Positions 49,020 to 50,625 of a stretch of 50,625 bases of DNA are shown piece after piece (positions within the stretch are counted from its first letter, which is position 1; every line of letters begins with the position of its first letter). The notes below the pieces were generated by a model that saw only the letters and a program-made list of their open reading frames with translations, was not told where the DNA came from and did no database searches. A program made the translations under genes and the position numbers. The DNA lies in contig JABHWJ010000013.1 in assembly GCA_018657845.1 (NCBI GenBank), positions 1 through 50,625 on the forward strand, written 5' to 3'. This stretch comes from Candidatus Woesearchaeota archaeon (GTDB taxonomy: Archaea; Nanobdellota; Nanobdellia; Woesearchaeales; GW2011-AR9).

Positions 49020-49601
49020 ATGAGTTTTAATGTAAGAGGAGTTCCAAGGGTTGTTTTAGTTTTGTTAATTATTGGAGGGCTTGTTTTTTTAAGTGCTTTA
49101 ATCTTAGGAGTTACGAATTTGAGTGGGGCTTCTGGAGGAGAAGGAGATGCACTTCTTTATCAGAATGGTCCGTTCGGTGAAGGATTAGTGTTGAAGAATT
49201 TTCAATGGTGTGATTATGTAGATATTTATTATAGATGTATTAATCCAAGGAGTACTTTTGATGTTCCAGGGAGTGTATCTTTTACTTTAACTGTGGAAAG
49301 TGATGTAGTGAGTGGAGGGGTACAGTTGGTAGAAAATTATGCAATTAAGGATAAAGAAGGAAATTATCATTTAGTGATGGATGAAGCGAATGCTATTTAT
49401 TTTGAAGGGATTAGTTCTGAAGATAAGGATAAAGTTTTTTTTAAGAATTCATTTAGGTTAGAAGAAGATCTTAGCCCGGGAGATTATATTTTGGAGTTAG
49501 AAGTAGAGAATCTTTTGTTTGGGGGAAAGTTGACGTTGGAAGAAGAAATTAGTGTTGAGGAAATTTTACCAGAAGATCCGGCAGGGGTGGAGTACCAATG
49601 A
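49020..49601 (+). CDS. Membrane-anchored single Ig-like domain protein
   Basis: RG plus hydrophobic N-terminus; beta-rich with PGDYILELEVEN strand. Confidence 0.7.
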   Translation: MSFNVRGVPRVVLVLLIIGGLVFLSALILGVTNLSGASGGEGDALLYQNGPFGEGLVLKNFQWCDYVDIYYRCINPRSTFDVPGSVSFTLTVESDVVSGGVQLVENYAIKDKEGNYHLVMDEANAIYFEGISSEDKDKVFFKNSFRLEEDLSPGDYILELEVENLLFGGKLTLEEEISVEEILPEDPAGVEYQ

Positions 49602-50625
49602 AAAGATTATTCTGGATTTTGATGATTGTTTTAGTTATGTTTGGTGTTCAAGCACAAGTGGCACCTATTTCTGGAGGGGGGAGTAATGATCCTGGTGTGC
49701 CCCAAGTTGTTTTATCTGGAGATATATTGCAAGATTGTCCGCATTTAGATTTTAATAGCCACAGTAATTCGGAGGCTGTGGGGAAACAATCAGCTGGAAG
49801 TTTGGTTAGTGGAGTGAAGTTACCAGATAGATCTTATTTTAATAAGAATTGGCAATCTTCCAACAATGACGAGCAATATGGGACGATAGAATTAGTAAAT
49901 ACTTTGGAGTTAACTGCTTGTTATATGAATTTGATGTTTGAATCTACTCCTCTTAAAGTTCATGATTTGAGTGTACAAAATGGTGGAAAATTGAATCCAC
50001 ATAAAAGTCATCAGAATGGTTTGGATGTCGACGTGGGATTTTATTTATATGAGGGAACTAGTAATTATGTTAATGTTTGGAAAGAAATGTGTGATCGGGA
50101 GGGAGAGGGAAAAAATTGTTATGCTGCAGGCACTGGTAAATATAATGTAGATCTTCAATTCTTACATCCAGATTCTTTAACGACCAATTGGTGGTTTATT
50201 AAAACGCTAATTAATGTTTATGATGTTCGAGCCATTGCTTTTGATCAAGTTTTACAAGATGTTTTGGAAACTCATGTAAGGGATGTTTTAGGTGAGGGAG
50301 AAGCATGGGATAGACATAAACCCTTGTTTGCTAAATGGCCTGGACATCATGATCATTATCATATTAGGTTGAAATGCCCAAAAGGAGATTTGCACTGTGA
50401 GGGAAGTAAAGCAGAGAAGAATTTTCCAGGAGAGGGGTTTGTAGATCCAGGAGTTCCATCACAAGAGCTTGCGGAGCAGAATACACAAACAACTGGACAA
50501 CAATTACCTGGAGAGCAAACTACTACGGGAGCCTCACCAATTGGAGGGAGTACCCAAGGAGGAGTACAACAATCAACAATTCCTAATTGTGCTTATTGTC
50601 AGAAAATAGATAGTTCTTGGTTAAA
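49598..50625 (+). CDS. Secreted protein with N-terminal MepA/M74 murein endopeptidase domain (3'-truncated by window)
   Basis: Not in ORF track; translated by hand: MKRLFWILMIVLVMFGVQA|Q...SEAVGKQSAGSLVSGVKLP...QYGTIELV...HDLSVQNGG.LNPHKSHQNGLDVD...WPGHHDHYHIRLKCPKGDLHC; no stop before window end. Confidence 0.88.
   Translation, partial: MKRLFWILMIVLVMFGVQAQVAPISGGGSNDPGVPQVVLSGDILQDCPHLDFNSHSNSEAVGKQSAGSLVSGVKLPDRSYFNKNWQSSNNDEQYGTIELVNTLELTACYMNLMFESTPLKVHDLSVQNGGKLNPHKSHQNGLDVDVGFYLYEGTSNYVNVWKEMCDREGEGKNCYAAGTGKYNVDLQFLHPDSLTTNWWFIKTLINVYDVRAIAFDQVLQDVLETHVRDVLGEGEAWDRHKPLFAKWPGHHDHYHIRLKCPKGDLHCEGSKAEKNFPGEGFVDPGVPSQELAEQNTQTTGQQLPGEQTTTGASPIGGSTQGGVQQSTIPNCAYCQKIDSSWL

Overview
AT-rich archaeal chromosomal segment, most likely from a DPANN lineage (Woesearchaeota-like). 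The archaeal call rests on TFB, RadB, GatD, archaeal uS2, Taw3, PAC2 and an intron-containing tRNA-Leu(GAG). The lineage call is an inference from AMP phosphorylase and several K[KR]G|Q class III signal-peptide proteins. Left to right, the window holds: a XerA/XerD-type recombinase; a minus-strand surface-glycan cluster (processive GT2, three GT-C-like proteins, a UbiA/DPPR-synthase-like enzyme, PAP2) with a (TAT)15 microsatellite and a long hairpin in front of the GT2 gene; housekeeping and nucleotide-sugar genes (YvcK-like, GlmU-like); S-layer-like surface proteins; a small gene made of two tandem prepilin-like units; and a SAM by-product salvage operon (ahcY, PfkB kinase, MTAP-APRT fusion). 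The standout is a tightly coupled operon of more than 13.5 kb (37082 to window end) encoding exported proteins: pilin-signal proteins, an 1806-aa Ig/Cys-rich protein and two proteins with intact MepA-type (peptidase M74) murein endopeptidase domains. One of those also carries two alpha/beta-hydrolase domains; the other is truncated by the window edge and missing from the ORF track. Archaea of this type are not known to make peptidoglycan, so this is a candidate contact-dependent antibacterial or bacterial-host-breaching apparatus. All calls come from reading motifs by eye; no searches were run.
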